In this document: piece by piece, positions 22,144 to 31,237 of the stretch
How the letters are laid out: each line of letters begins with the position of its first letter
How positions within the stretch are numbered: the stretch's first letter is position 1
Virus record (IMG/VR): IMGVR_UViG_3300036713_000115
Location: 1 to 31,983 of that record
Source of the DNA: a virus
Taxonomy: Duplodnaviria > Caudoviricetes
DNA length: 31,983 nt
Strand: one strand, 5' to 3'
The notes under the pieces: model-generated
What the model was told of the DNA's origin: nothing
The model's database searches: none
What the model saw: the letters and a program-made list of their open reading frames with translations, nothing else
Position numbers and translations under genes: made by a program

Positions 22144-23934
22144 TTATCCTATTGGGTAGCCGCCTGAGCCTGGTAGGGTTTGAGGCATATTAATTTGTGG
22201 CGGTTGCTGTGCAGAAAATAAATTACTAAATATTGGTTGTGCTGTATTTAAAAGACCCAAACCAGCTTGGAACTTTTCTAATCCACTAGGATCATATCCA
22301 CCAGTTCTTGTAACTGTTGGTTGCACTCCACTTACACCAGTTGCTAGTAAACCAAGTTGTTGTCCAGGATAAGCTAACGCTCTTTGGAACTCGCCTCTTT
22401 GTGCATCGATTGCTCTTTGTTGTAGTCCTTGCTGTTGTTGTCCTATACCACCTAGCAAACCAAGACTTTGCAATTGACTTGTCTGTAAACCACCTAGCAA
22501 GCCTGCTCTTTGTTGTCTTGCCTGCATCTCTAATTGTGGTTGTGTTAATGCAGCTCTACCAGCAATGTCTAAACCAGCTAACTGTCTTTGTTGTTGTAGC
22601 TGTGCCTGTTGCATACGTCTTTGCTGTCCTAGTTCTGCACCAAAGATACCTGCTTGTTGACCAAGCTGCGCCTGTTGTAAAGCTCTCTGAGCTGCAATGT
22701 CTTGACCTGCAAGACCTGCTTGCTGACCAAATTGAGCTTGTTGTAATGCTCTTTGTTGTTCTAGCTCGGTACCCATTAATCCAGCTTGCTGTTGTAGTTG
22801 AGCTTGTTGCAAGGCTCTTTGTTGTTCTAATTCTGTACCTGTCAACCCAGCCTGTTGCTGTAACTGTGCTTGCTGTAATGCTCGTCTTGACTCGACATCT
22901 TGTCCTGCTAAACCTGCTTGTTGTTGCAGTTGAGCTTGTTGAACTGCTCTTTGTTGCTCTGCTTCAAAACCAGTTAATCCTGCTTGTTGCTGTAACTGAG
23001 CCTGTTGTAGTGCAAGTTGTTGTTCTTGACCAGCACCAAATATACCTAATTGTTGTTGTCTTGCTAGGTCAGCTTGTGCTGCCCTTTGTGCTTGCTCAAA
23101 GCCTGCTTGTCTTAAACCAGCAGCTGTTTTAGCCATTTGTTCTACATAAGGTCTTTGTGATTCAGATTCTATTAATGCAGATCTTGAACCACCGAAAGCA
23201 CCTGCTCTAATTGCTCTATCCTGCGCTCCGCCACGCGCTATATCAGCTTGTCGCTGTATATCCTGCATAGCTGTATCTATAACTTGTTGTTGATATGGAG
23301 ATTGATATGCACCTATGTCTTGACCTAGTAAACCTTGAAATTGTGGTGTAGATACTTGACCAATTTGCGCAGCTGTTGGCCCTACCAATGATTGAATTTG
23401 CGCTCCACCAAAAAGGGGTGATTGTTCTATTCTTGCAGCTGTTGGTCCAGCTACTGAAGTTATTTGTGCAGATGTTGGACCTGCTACAGGACCTATCTGT
23501 GCGCCACCAAAAGTAGGTGTTGCTTGTATTTGTGCCGCACCAGGAGCTTGTGTTGCCTCTATTGTTGGTGCTTCAAAACCAGTGACAGGTTGTATGGTAG
23601 GCTTAAACTGTTCTTGTGCCATACCTTGTAAGGCTTTGGTTGGGTCATAACCCATACCAGATTCAAACATACCTCTAGTAGCTTGAAACTGTCGCAGTTG
23701 ATCTGGAGAAAAACCAGCAACCATTGGTCCTGTGTAAGGTACAAAAGGTTGTTGAGCAATTTGTTGCGACCTACGATATAGGTCTTGTTGCATTGCTTGT
23801 GTTTGCGGATCAACTTGTTGTGTGGTTGTTGTTTGTCCAGCAGCCGAACCTCCGCCACCAGTTAAACTTTTAACTGCGCCTACAGCAGCAGCTGCTTGTC
23901 CTACTCCTGCTATAACTGGTAATGCTTGTGGCAT
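22144..23934 (-). CDS. Gln-rich DNA pilot/ejection protein
   Basis: Y.GP.VAGFS..Q, Y.SPYQQQVID, AGAFGGSR motifs; tandem repeats. Confidence 0.8.
   Translation of the reverse strand: MPQALPVIAGVGQAAAAVGAVKSLTGGGGSAAGQTTTTQQVDPQTQAMQQDLYRRSQQIAQQPFVPYTGPMVAGFSPDQLRQFQATRGMFESGMGYDPTKALQGMAQEQFKPTIQPVTGFEAPTIEATQAPGAAQIQATPTFGGAQIGPVAGPTSAQITSVAGPTAARIEQSPLFGGAQIQSLVGPTAAQIGQVSTPQFQGLLGQDIGAYQSPYQQQVIDTAMQDIQRQADIARGGAQDRAIRAGAFGGSRSALIESESQRPYVEQMAKTAAGLRQAGFEQAQRAAQADLARQQQLGIFGAGQEQQLALQQAQLQQQAGLTGFEAEQQRAVQQAQLQQQAGLAGQDVESRRALQQAQLQQQAGLTGTELEQQRALQQAQLQQQAGLMGTELEQQRALQQAQFGQQAGLAGQDIAAQRALQQAQLGQQAGIFGAELGQQRRMQQAQLQQQRQLAGLDIAGRAALTQPQLEMQARQQRAGLLGGLQTSQLQSLGLLGGIGQQQQGLQQRAIDAQRGEFQRALAYPGQQLGLLATGVSGVQPTVTRTGGYDPSGLEKFQAGLGLLNTAQPIFSNLFSAQQPPQINMPQTLPGSGGYPIG
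22519..23046 (-). repeat. 8 x 66-bp (22-aa) coding tandem repeat
   Basis: G(L/I).G....QQRALQQAQLQQQA, aa 297-472. Confidence 0.85.
23338..23601 (-). repeat. 8 x 33-bp (11-aa) coding tandem repeat
   Basis: Ile every 11 aa from 114 to 191 (AQI...GPTA / P.FGG). Confidence 0.8.
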
Positions 23935-23942
23935 ATTATCTC

Positions 23943-24353
23943 CTATAAATCTTTACTTAATAACACTTCTTGTTTTATGCCTAAGTGTTTTGCTTTTCTA
24001 ATCCAACCTTTTCTGCCGCCACCATATAATCGTTTGACGCCAGATTCTCTTGCAAATGTTTCTATATGTTTAAACATTTCTTCAAATTCTTTAAAGTTTC
24101 CTGCAAACACCAATATATTCATTGATAGCATTTGCGGAAAAGGTATTATCTCTGTAACCATAGCTGATTTTTTACCTGGCCATAAAAGAGCTATACCATT
24201 TCTTATTTTATCTTCTATATCATCGATTGTATAGGTATCTTGGTATTTCATAGCTTTTTCAAGCCATGGCTTACATCTTTCCCATTCAATTTCCCAAGGC
24301 TCTTGTACAACCTCTGGGTGTAATTCAACTACTGTATTAGTCGCCTTTTCCAT
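23943..24353 (-). CDS. GNAT-like protein of the tail/ejection module
   Basis: LW...SA.VTEI..FP, AG, FAR..G..R....GR.GW. Confidence 0.65.
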   Translation of the reverse strand: MEKATNTVVELHPEVVQEPWEIEWERCKPWLEKAMKYQDTYTIDDIEDKIRNGIALLWPGKKSAMVTEIIPFPQMLSMNILVFAGNFKEFEEMFKHIETFARESGVKRLYGGGRKGWIRKAKHLGIKQEVLLSKDL

Positions 24354-24702
24354 ACTCTATAATGCTTAAAACTAAATGTATGTTTGCATGGTTTACTTGT
24401 GCTTTTAATATTTCACCTTGTTGTAATACGATTCCTGCATTGGTTTGCAACTCTTCAGTAGCTTGTGCTGCTATATTATGTTGTTTATAAATAAAAAACT
24501 CATTAGAGCCTGTATCGGTTATAGATACATCTAAATTGGTTTGCTGATTACCATGATCGCAAGCTAAAAAACCTTTTATAATAGCAAAAGTAAAATCATC
24601 ACCAGTTGGTGCAGTATATATGGTTTGTTGTGTTGTAGCTGAAAAAGAATATTTAACATTAATTGCACGCTGTATATATTGTCTTTGTGAGGATAAATCC
24701 AT
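24337..24702 (-). CDS. Small beta-rich tail-associated protein
   Basis: IYTAP, IVLQQGE.LKA pattern; follows nozzle. Confidence 0.6.
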   Translation of the reverse strand: MDLSSQRQYIQRAINVKYSFSATTQQTIYTAPTGDDFTFAIIKGFLACDHGNQQTNLDVSITDTGSNEFFIYKQHNIAAQATEELQTNAGIVLQQGEILKAQVNHANIHLVLSIIEYGKGD

Positions 24703-26210
24703 TATCTTCTACCTCTGTTTCTCAAATTAAGTCTAATATTACCAACTTGGAAATCTTGTGTTGTGCTACCTGTTACAGTCATTTGTACTTGTCTTGCTGT
24801 AAATCTAGCATCGGTATATCCATCATTCTCAAAGGTAAAACTACCAAAGTCTGTCTCGCTACCTAGAGGGGTAAACTTACCTTTAAAACTTATTGTTACA
24901 CCTGGTAATGTGTTTGCTTCTTCATCTGGAATAATCTGATTACATTGTACATAGTTATCACCATTACCTAATTCTATTGGACCACTTGTGCAGAACGGCA
25001 CATCACTATTTAAGTTTGGTGAGTTAGATAATGTGGTTGATTCGTGTTCGTAAATAAAACCAGATGAATCACCTGCTATTGGGAAGTCAAACGCACCTTG
25101 GTCAATCCAACAACCTCTGTCTAATTCACCTATAGACCAAGTGTTTTCTAAGTAGTTCCAGATAACATATTTGTTTGGTCTATATATACCATCACCGCTT
25201 GGAAAACCCCACCATATTTCGTTAAAGTTAGAGTTATGTCCACCCCAACATGCTTTCCTTCCTGGTACGTTTAGTTGGTCGTATACATAATCATGCACAT
25301 CGCATTTGATTTCTCTTACAGTGCCATCGTAAACAAAGAATGAGTTTTCACCCATCCACGCTAAAAAGTTTCCTGTTTGCACTACTGATCTTCTACTTAC
25401 TGCTTTACAGTTTGCACCTGCTGCGGTTATACCATAGACAAAAGGTGAGCCTACATAGCTCATTCTATCAATACCAGTATCACTAAAAACTATGACATCG
25501 TTTTGATATTTAACTGCTAATAATGCTCTACCACCTGTTGGTATTTGCACATCACCTGCTGTATTAGTAGCTTTAGATGTCCAAGTGTTTCTATCTTCTC
25601 TATCGCTCCAAGATATTTTTCTAGGATCCCCACCTGAACCAATAGCAACTAAATGCCTTTCATTGGTCACTAGGACAGCCTGACAGCCTGTAGGAGCGTT
25701 TGTTACAACTGTACCTATGGTATCAGCTGTTCCGCCTGAAACTGGCCTCCACTTGTATATCTTGCCATCACCAGAAAAACAAAAGATTAAATCCTCACCC
25801 CAGTTATCAAAGGAGAAATGACCTGAGTCAAGAGGTAGTCCAGATTGACTTCTAGCGTCACCATAATCTTCTACGTTATAGTGGTATGCACCGTAACCAA
25901 GAGGATCGTTATCAGCATCGTTTACAAAACCAACTGGTGTTATATCAGTCCAGGTATTGTCGTATAAGACATATACCTTTTGTCTTGTACCAACAGCTAA
26001 AACAGATGCACCTAAGTTGTCCTTATAGGCATACATACCTATAGGCTCACCATCTAGTGCTGTACTTCTTAGTTTTGACCAACCGCCGATCGGTTTGAGA
26101 TATCCGTTTTCAAAACGCACGAGATTGCCGTCAACCCAACGACCTTTGTTAGCATAGTCTGTACCGTTTTTGACTATGCCAGCTGGCGGAGTTACAGGCA
26201 ATAGTGCCAT
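24702..26210 (-). CDS. Tail nozzle / head-stabilisation protein (P22 gp10-like)
   Basis: GRW.DG..VRF..G...PIGGW, WSD.ED...W, F.EIWW.FPS; beta-propeller composition. Confidence 0.8.
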   Translation of the reverse strand: MALLPVTPPAGIVKNGTDYANKGRWVDGNLVRFENGYLKPIGGWSKLRSTALDGEPIGMYAYKDNLGASVLAVGTRQKVYVLYDNTWTDITPVGFVNDADNDPLGYGAYHYNVEDYGDARSQSGLPLDSGHFSFDNWGEDLIFCFSGDGKIYKWRPVSGGTADTIGTVVTNAPTGCQAVLVTNERHLVAIGSGGDPRKISWSDREDRNTWTSKATNTAGDVQIPTGGRALLAVKYQNDVIVFSDTGIDRMSYVGSPFVYGITAAGANCKAVSRRSVVQTGNFLAWMGENSFFVYDGTVREIKCDVHDYVYDQLNVPGRKACWGGHNSNFNEIWWGFPSGDGIYRPNKYVIWNYLENTWSIGELDRGCWIDQGAFDFPIAGDSSGFIYEHESTTLSNSPNLNSDVPFCTSGPIELGNGDNYVQCNQIIPDEEANTLPGVTISFKGKFTPLGSETDFGSFTFENDGYTDARFTARQVQMTVTGSTTQDFQVGNIRLNLRNRGRR

Positions 26211-26212
26211 AT

Positions 26213-26554
26213 TTAACCTATAGTTTTAGTAACGGATGTTGGTGTAATCAGTAATGCGATTTGTTCATCTAATCCAGTTTTTAGATTAGCGACTTCCTCG
26301 TCACCCATTGCAGTTGTAACCCAACCAGTTACTGTGTCATTAGTAAGGTCTGCAAAGGGTATAAAAGAACCAATATCATCTACTGTTAATCCTTGTGTGC
26401 TATAAATTGTAGCTGTGTAATCATTACCTTCAGCGTCTTGTTGGTCGCTTACTGCGTTTAATCGCCAGTGTACGTTGTAAACAACATCACTATTGCTTTC
26501 AAATTCAGGGTAAACATCAACTGTTTTACAATCCCATGTGTATGTATTTGCCAT
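26213..26554 (-). CDS. Tail-fibre-associated small protein
   Basis: TYTW, DVV..VHW, FIPFADLT...V.GWV; follows fibre. Confidence 0.7.
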   Translation of the reverse strand: MANTYTWDCKTVDVYPEFESNSDVVYNVHWRLNAVSDQQDAEGNDYTATIYSTQGLTVDDIGSFIPFADLTNDTVTGWVTTAMGDEEVANLKTGLDEQIALLITPTSVTKTIG

Positions 26555-26556
26555 AA

Positions 26557-26631
26557 TTATTCTCCTTTAAGTAAGTTAATTTCAGATTGTAAGGCTTCAA
26601 TCTGTGCTTGTTGTTCTTGTATAGCTTTCAT
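26557..26631 (-). pseudogene. Relic C-terminal coil of an S74-type tail fibre (MKAIQEQQAQIEALQSEINLLKGE)
   Basis: In frame immediately after the fibre stop; carries the SD of the next gene. Confidence 0.65.
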
Positions 26632-26634
26632 TAT

Positions 26635-28917
26635 TTACCCTATTTTTACTGCAACTAGAGGTCTACCATCATCTTCTGTTGCCCATATCTTTCCTACACA
26701 TAATTGATATTCTTCAAAGGTAGGACTTGATTTAGCAACACACTCTATATCAGTTCCATTTGCTTGAGGATAAACATAGTCACCCACATTAAATGAACCT
26801 GTTATATTTACTGGTACTTGACCACTAAATGCAATTCTGTCGTATTTTTGTCTTTCTGTTTCTGTTTGTTCTTCTGTTAATCCTAGGTCTACATTACCCC
26901 AAGTATCGCCACCAACATAAGATGGGTTGGTTGATTTGATTACAAAAGATAGAGCATCTGCAAACACATCTGTTAATTTGCCATTAGAATCTACACCAGA
27001 AACATCACCTTTAGCTATAGTTCCACAAGTATCAGCTTTTTTCATGTATTCGGCGTAGTCTGCACCTGAAGCGTTTATAGTTCCACCAGCGTTAATTGAA
27101 CGACCTGTTGTGCCATTTTTGCCTAAATAAACAGCAGTACCAGCACCATTAAAGTTTTCATTTGAAACTTGGTTGACTTGCATATTTCTATTGCCATTAC
27201 CGCTTGATTGAACTGAAAAACCACCCCCACCAACTACTAGATTTGAAGATGCTCCATTGCTTGTAGTACCCACCAACAAGTTGCCTGAGGTATCCAGTCT
27301 CATCCTGTCAGTATTATTAGTTCTGAACGATAAGTCTTGACTGTCTGATGTACCAATAATTGCAAAATTACCTTTTGAATATAAAACATTTGCACCACTA
27401 TCGCCCCAAAAATCCCAAGACTGACTAGCGGTTCTACCAAAAGAAACTCCATTACCCTGAGATACATTTCCATGTATAACTTCTAATTTAGCTGAAGGAC
27501 TACTCGTTCCAATTCCAAGATTGCCATTTGCACTAAACCTTGCATATTCTGTACCGTTTTTTGAAAAAGTTAATGATTGTGTTGGTTCTAGTCCCACATC
27601 CCAATAATTGTCTAAAGTATCACCACCACCTGCTGATTCTGCAAATCTAATTCTAGCATTTGCTGTACTTTGTCCAGTATCTGTATCTCTTATTGTTAAT
27701 ATTGGGTCAGCACCAACAATTTCCATGATGGTATCAGGACTATCAGTTCCAATTCCAACGTTGCCTGAAGAATCTATTCTTACTGTCTCTACTGATGAAT
27801 TTCTTTTAAATATAGTATTAGAAGAAGTTGTACCTAAAGAAGACTGTATAACAAAATCTGTACTGCTATCTATCTTTCCTATTCTTGCTGCATCATTACC
27901 AGCAGCAGTATCAGAACCTACTCTAATATAAGTATCAGCACCATCTCCTCTAACATCTAGTAAATCTGATGGATTTGTAGTACCTATGCCTAATTCACCA
28001 TTTTGTGTTAATGTTAATTTAGTAGAACCTGCTGTTTGGAATCCAAATGAATCTGAGTTGTGGTTATAAAATATATTACCTCTAGCATTTGAATCTGCAT
28101 CACCAAATCTAATTCTAGCAACAGAAGAATTGTCACTTAGAAAAGTCATACCAACATTACTAGTTCCCTCTAAAACTAATTCATTTGCATCACTTGCTGC
28201 TGAAACTGTACCAGCAGAGCCTGAAAAAATATGTAAATTTCCATCAGGACTACTCGTGCCAATTCCAACCAAACCAGTAGACGAAATTCTGAGTCGCTCA
28301 GTTGTGTCTGTATTAGTTGTGTTATTGGTTCCAAAAGCCATACCGCCATCAATAATACCTTTAATAGAACTTTGATGAATTGCAGTATTTGCTGAATTTC
28401 TTGTCCAAAAATATAGTTCAGTATCATTTACAATGTTAGTTCTTATTTGTATTCTAGCTGTATCACCTCTAACGTCTAAATCTGTAAGATTTCCAACGCT
28501 TGTAATATTAGGTTGAGATGCTGTTGATAAAGTTCCTGCTAAAGTGTTACCAGTAACGGTGCCTGTTGTAGTAATTGCAGAAGAACCAACATTAATACTG
28601 CCAAAGCCTGATGTTATAGATCCGCCATTTAATGCACCTACGCTAGTTATATTTGTTTGTGCAGCTGTAGCTAGTGTTCCTGTTATAGATGTACTTGCTG
28701 ATAAAGTTGTGAATGATCCTGCGGCTGCTGTAGTGCCACCAATGACAGAGCTATCTATTACTGCTCCGTCTAGGTTCATAGCTACTGAAGTACCAGTAGC
28801 ACTAAATAATCCGTCAACAGTATCGAGGTCAGCGTTTAGCTTTGTTCCCCAAGTATCAGTAGATGCGCCTACTTCTGGTTTGGTTAAGTTTAAATTCGTT
28901 GTAAATGTATCTGCCAT
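26635..28917 (-). CDS. Tail fibre with G.(V/L)GIGT..P modules and C-terminal ADYAEY (peptidase G2/IMC-like) domain
   Basis: [16 protein letters not shown] anchor; 5 modules; GADYAEY...GQVPV. Confidence 0.88.
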   Translation of the reverse strand: MADTFTTNLNLTKPEVGASTDTWGTKLNADLDTVDGLFSATGTSVAMNLDGAVIDSSVIGGTTAAAGSFTTLSASTSITGTLATAAQTNITSVGALNGGSITSGFGSINVGSSAITTTGTVTGNTLAGTLSTASQPNITSVGNLTDLDVRGDTARIQIRTNIVNDTELYFWTRNSANTAIHQSSIKGIIDGGMAFGTNNTTNTDTTERLRISSTGLVGIGTSSPDGNLHIFSGSAGTVSAASDANELVLEGTSNVGMTFLSDNSSVARIRFGDADSNARGNIFYNHNSDSFGFQTAGSTKLTLTQNGELGIGTTNPSDLLDVRGDGADTYIRVGSDTAAGNDAARIGKIDSSTDFVIQSSLGTTSSNTIFKRNSSVETVRIDSSGNVGIGTDSPDTIMEIVGADPILTIRDTDTGQSTANARIRFAESAGGGDTLDNYWDVGLEPTQSLTFSKNGTEYARFSANGNLGIGTSSPSAKLEVIHGNVSQGNGVSFGRTASQSWDFWGDSGANVLYSKGNFAIIGTSDSQDLSFRTNNTDRMRLDTSGNLLVGTTSNGASSNLVVGGGGFSVQSSGNGNRNMQVNQVSNENFNGAGTAVYLGKNGTTGRSINAGGTINASGADYAEYMKKADTCGTIAKGDVSGVDSNGKLTDVFADALSFVIKSTNPSYVGGDTWGNVDLGLTEEQTETERQKYDRIAFSGQVPVNITGSFNVGDYVYPQANGTDIECVAKSSPTFEEYQLCVGKIWATEDDGRPLVAVKIG

Positions 28918-28929
28918 AAAAAAATTCCT

Positions 28930-29832
28930 TTAAGCTGCGTCTTGTTCGCCTAATTCATTCCAAGTAGTCGATGGGTTAGACTGATTTTCCCATGTTGTAC
29001 TTGTTTGTAAATCTGTCCATGATGTATCTGGATTCGCTTGGTTTGTCCAGGTATCGGCTATTATATCTTGTTCTGTCCATGTTTCATCAGGAACAATTAT
29101 ATCTTCCCATTTTAGACTACCAATAGCATTAAATCCACTTGTTTGTGCAATTACAGATGCACCTCTGTCTATCTGTCTACCGTCTGCATCAAAGCCACTT
29201 ACACCAGCTAATGTAGCTGAAGCAGCAATAGTAAATCTACCAGTAGCTGTAAATCCTGATACAACTGCAATAGTTGCTAAAGCTTTATCTATTTGTGTAC
29301 CAGTAGCAGTCATACTGCTTGATGCAGTTATTATTGATGCGCCTGGTATTAGTTTGGTTGGTACTGCGGTTACACTAGATGTAGCTGCTATTGTTGCAGA
29401 ACCTAAGTCTATTTGCGTGCCTATAGCATCAAATCCAGATACTGCTGATATAGTTGCACTACCTCTATCTATTTGTTTACCAGTAGCTGTAGCACTAGAT
29501 ACTGCACTAATAACCGCTTGTCCGCGATCTATTTGTCTACCTATTGCACTAAAGCCTGATACTGAACTTATAACAGATGAGGCAAATTTAACTACCTCTC
29601 CATTACCAGTAAAGTTAGATGTTTGTGCTAGGGTAGAAGCACCAAGCTTGATAATAACGCCAACTGCTATAACGTCTGAAGTTGATGTAATGGTTGCTGA
29701 ACCAAATCTTTTTACAGATGATTCAGCAGAAAATCCTGATGTTGATTGTATGGTGGCATCGCCAAATTGAAAAACAGGTTGTCCGTAATGAGACTTCCCA
29801 TAGCCACCATAACCATAGCCTACTGAGGCCAT
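28930..29832 (-). CDS. Repetitive beta-rich virion protein
   Basis: ~21-aa repeats (G.ATI.A.SGF.A.G.QID), Trp every 10 aa at C-terminus. Confidence 0.7.
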   Translation of the reverse strand: MASVGYGYGGYGKSHYGQPVFQFGDATIQSTSGFSAESSVKRFGSATITSTSDVIAVGVIIKLGASTLAQTSNFTGNGEVVKFASSVISSVSGFSAIGRQIDRGQAVISAVSSATATGKQIDRGSATISAVSGFDAIGTQIDLGSATIAATSSVTAVPTKLIPGASIITASSSMTATGTQIDKALATIAVVSGFTATGRFTIAASATLAGVSGFDADGRQIDRGASVIAQTSGFNAIGSLKWEDIIVPDETWTEQDIIADTWTNQANPDTSWTDLQTSTTWENQSNPSTTWNELGEQDAA

Positions 29833-29836
29833 GATA

Positions 29837-30229
29837 TTAAGCCAATGTTATATCTAAATCGCCAGCGTCAAATCTAAATACATCTCCTGTGCTTACAGTT
29901 TTGGATGTTGTTAAGTTTGCGTAAGCTAAAAGATTACCAGATGATGAAGCATCTAAAATACCAACTGCAACGACTGTACCATAGTCTGCTGTAGCTGTTG
30001 GGTATTCAATAGCTGCTGAATTGGTTGCTTCAGTTGGGTTAGTACCAGATACGGTAAATGCAGCAGTTTGTCTTGCATAAGAACCGCCAGTTACTTCGGT
30101 ACCACCACCTGTATCTGTAGGTGCTACAGTATATAAAGCAACATACAATGTTCCTGGTGCTGTATAAGCATTACCACCAAATACATGGTCTAATACTTTA
30201 TCTTCTAAGTAATCACTAAATCCAGCCAT
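29837..30229 (-). CDS. Conserved virion structural protein
   Basis: SDYLE..LDH, YVAL.T..P, GTEV.GGSYARQ, GNLL. Confidence 0.75.
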   Translation of the reverse strand: MAGFSDYLEDKVLDHVFGGNAYTAPGTLYVALYTVAPTDTGGGTEVTGGSYARQTAAFTVSGTNPTEATNSAAIEYPTATADYGTVVAVGILDASSSGNLLAYANLTTSKTVSTGDVFRFDAGDLDITLA

Positions 30230-30237
30230 ATTGTCTC

Positions 30238-30888
30238 CTAATTATTATTCCAATAATAAATGTTTTTACCAGACTTGCCATAAGTTCTTCTTCTTTGCAT
30301 TAGAGATCCTTTGCCAAACTCTGCTTTCTCTTGTTCCATTCTCATCTCTTCTAATGCCTTTTCAAATTGTGCTGTAAATAACGGCACTCTTTCATCTTCC
30401 ATTAGATAGATAGAAGCATGTTTTAAAGCACCATATAAATAAGCATCTGGATATCCTGTGGATATAAAGTTCGTTGTATTAGAACTGCTTAAAGCATCTA
30501 TAGTGCCATAGTATGTTAATTGTAGCGTATAACTTGTGTCAGGGGTAGGTGCTAACTCTAATGAATTATCTACAATTGCATAATAAATTGGTTGACCATT
30601 TACATTATCATTAGACCTTCTATATACATCTAGTGATTCTAAAGACTGTTGAAATAATGGTCTAAAGTCATTTGATGTTATTTCTACATTAATAGCTTCT
30701 AACCAATCAGTTGGCAGGCTCATGTATTGAGCGTCTGCTGTAGCAGTTGCTCGCTTTACCATGTCTTTATTTCTTAATCTTCTGTTAAATTCTGATTCTG
30801 TTGCATCTATAAAAAAGTCTAACTGATCTGTTAAATCTGACCTGTTTAAGAAATTTGCAATATTAGTTTTTAATTCATCGTATGTCAT
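30238..30888 (-). CDS. Head-tail adaptor protein
   Basis: TY.ELK..IA.FLNR.DL, E...NRRLR, LP.D.LE, P.PD..Y, PD.YLYGAL. Confidence 0.82.
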   Translation of the reverse strand: MTYDELKTNIANFLNRSDLTDQLDFFIDATESEFNRRLRNKDMVKRATATADAQYMSLPTDWLEAINVEITSNDFRPLFQQSLESLDVYRRSNDNVNGQPIYYAIVDNSLELAPTPDTSYTLQLTYYGTIDALSSSNTTNFISTGYPDAYLYGALKHASIYLMEDERVPLFTAQFEKALEEMRMEQEKAEFGKGSLMQRRRTYGKSGKNIYYWNNN

Positions 30889-31175
30889 ACTTTACCTTTC
30901 CATGTTCTAAATGGTTTGTTATCTGAATGGTTTAGCCATTTCTTCCATTGTGCAGAATCTTGCGCCCATCCTTCTCGGACTGCTCTTTGATATACTACCA
31001 TAGGTATTTCTGCTACATGGCGTAAATCTTTACCAGGTGTATATTCAGATAGATTTTTTACATAGTCTAGGGTTGGCTGTATGTTCTGTTGTGTGTGATA
31101 CACAACCTTCTCATCTTCTGTTGCGAATACAGACTTAAAACCTTTCTTATGATCTATTAATGTTGTCTTTGCCAT
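30885..31175 (-). CDS. Conserved small protein downstream of capsid
   Basis: HVAEIP.VV...KKWLN..DN..FRT..G. Confidence 0.7.
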   Translation of the reverse strand: MAKTTLIDHKKGFKSVFATEDEKVVYHTQQNIQPTLDYVKNLSEYTPGKDLRHVAEIPMVVYQRAVREGWAQDSAQWKKWLNHSDNKPFRTWKGKV

Positions 31176-31191
31176 GTGTAGATTTTAGCAC

Positions 31192-31220
31192 AAAAAAAAG
31201 GGATGCCGAAACATCCCTTT
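31192..31220 (-). terminator. Rho-independent terminator after capsid gene
   Basis: AAAGGGATG-TTTCGG-CATCCC followed by T-run on - strand. Confidence 0.85.
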
Positions 31221-31237
31221 AAGCTAATTGACTAAAC

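Noticed and set aside
22317-23132. 271-aa hydrophobic + strand ORF
   Set aside because: Antisense shadow of CAA/CAG-rich repeats; no RBS
26635-28917. Diversity-generating retroelement target
   Set aside because: No reverse transcriptase or template/variable repeat pair seen
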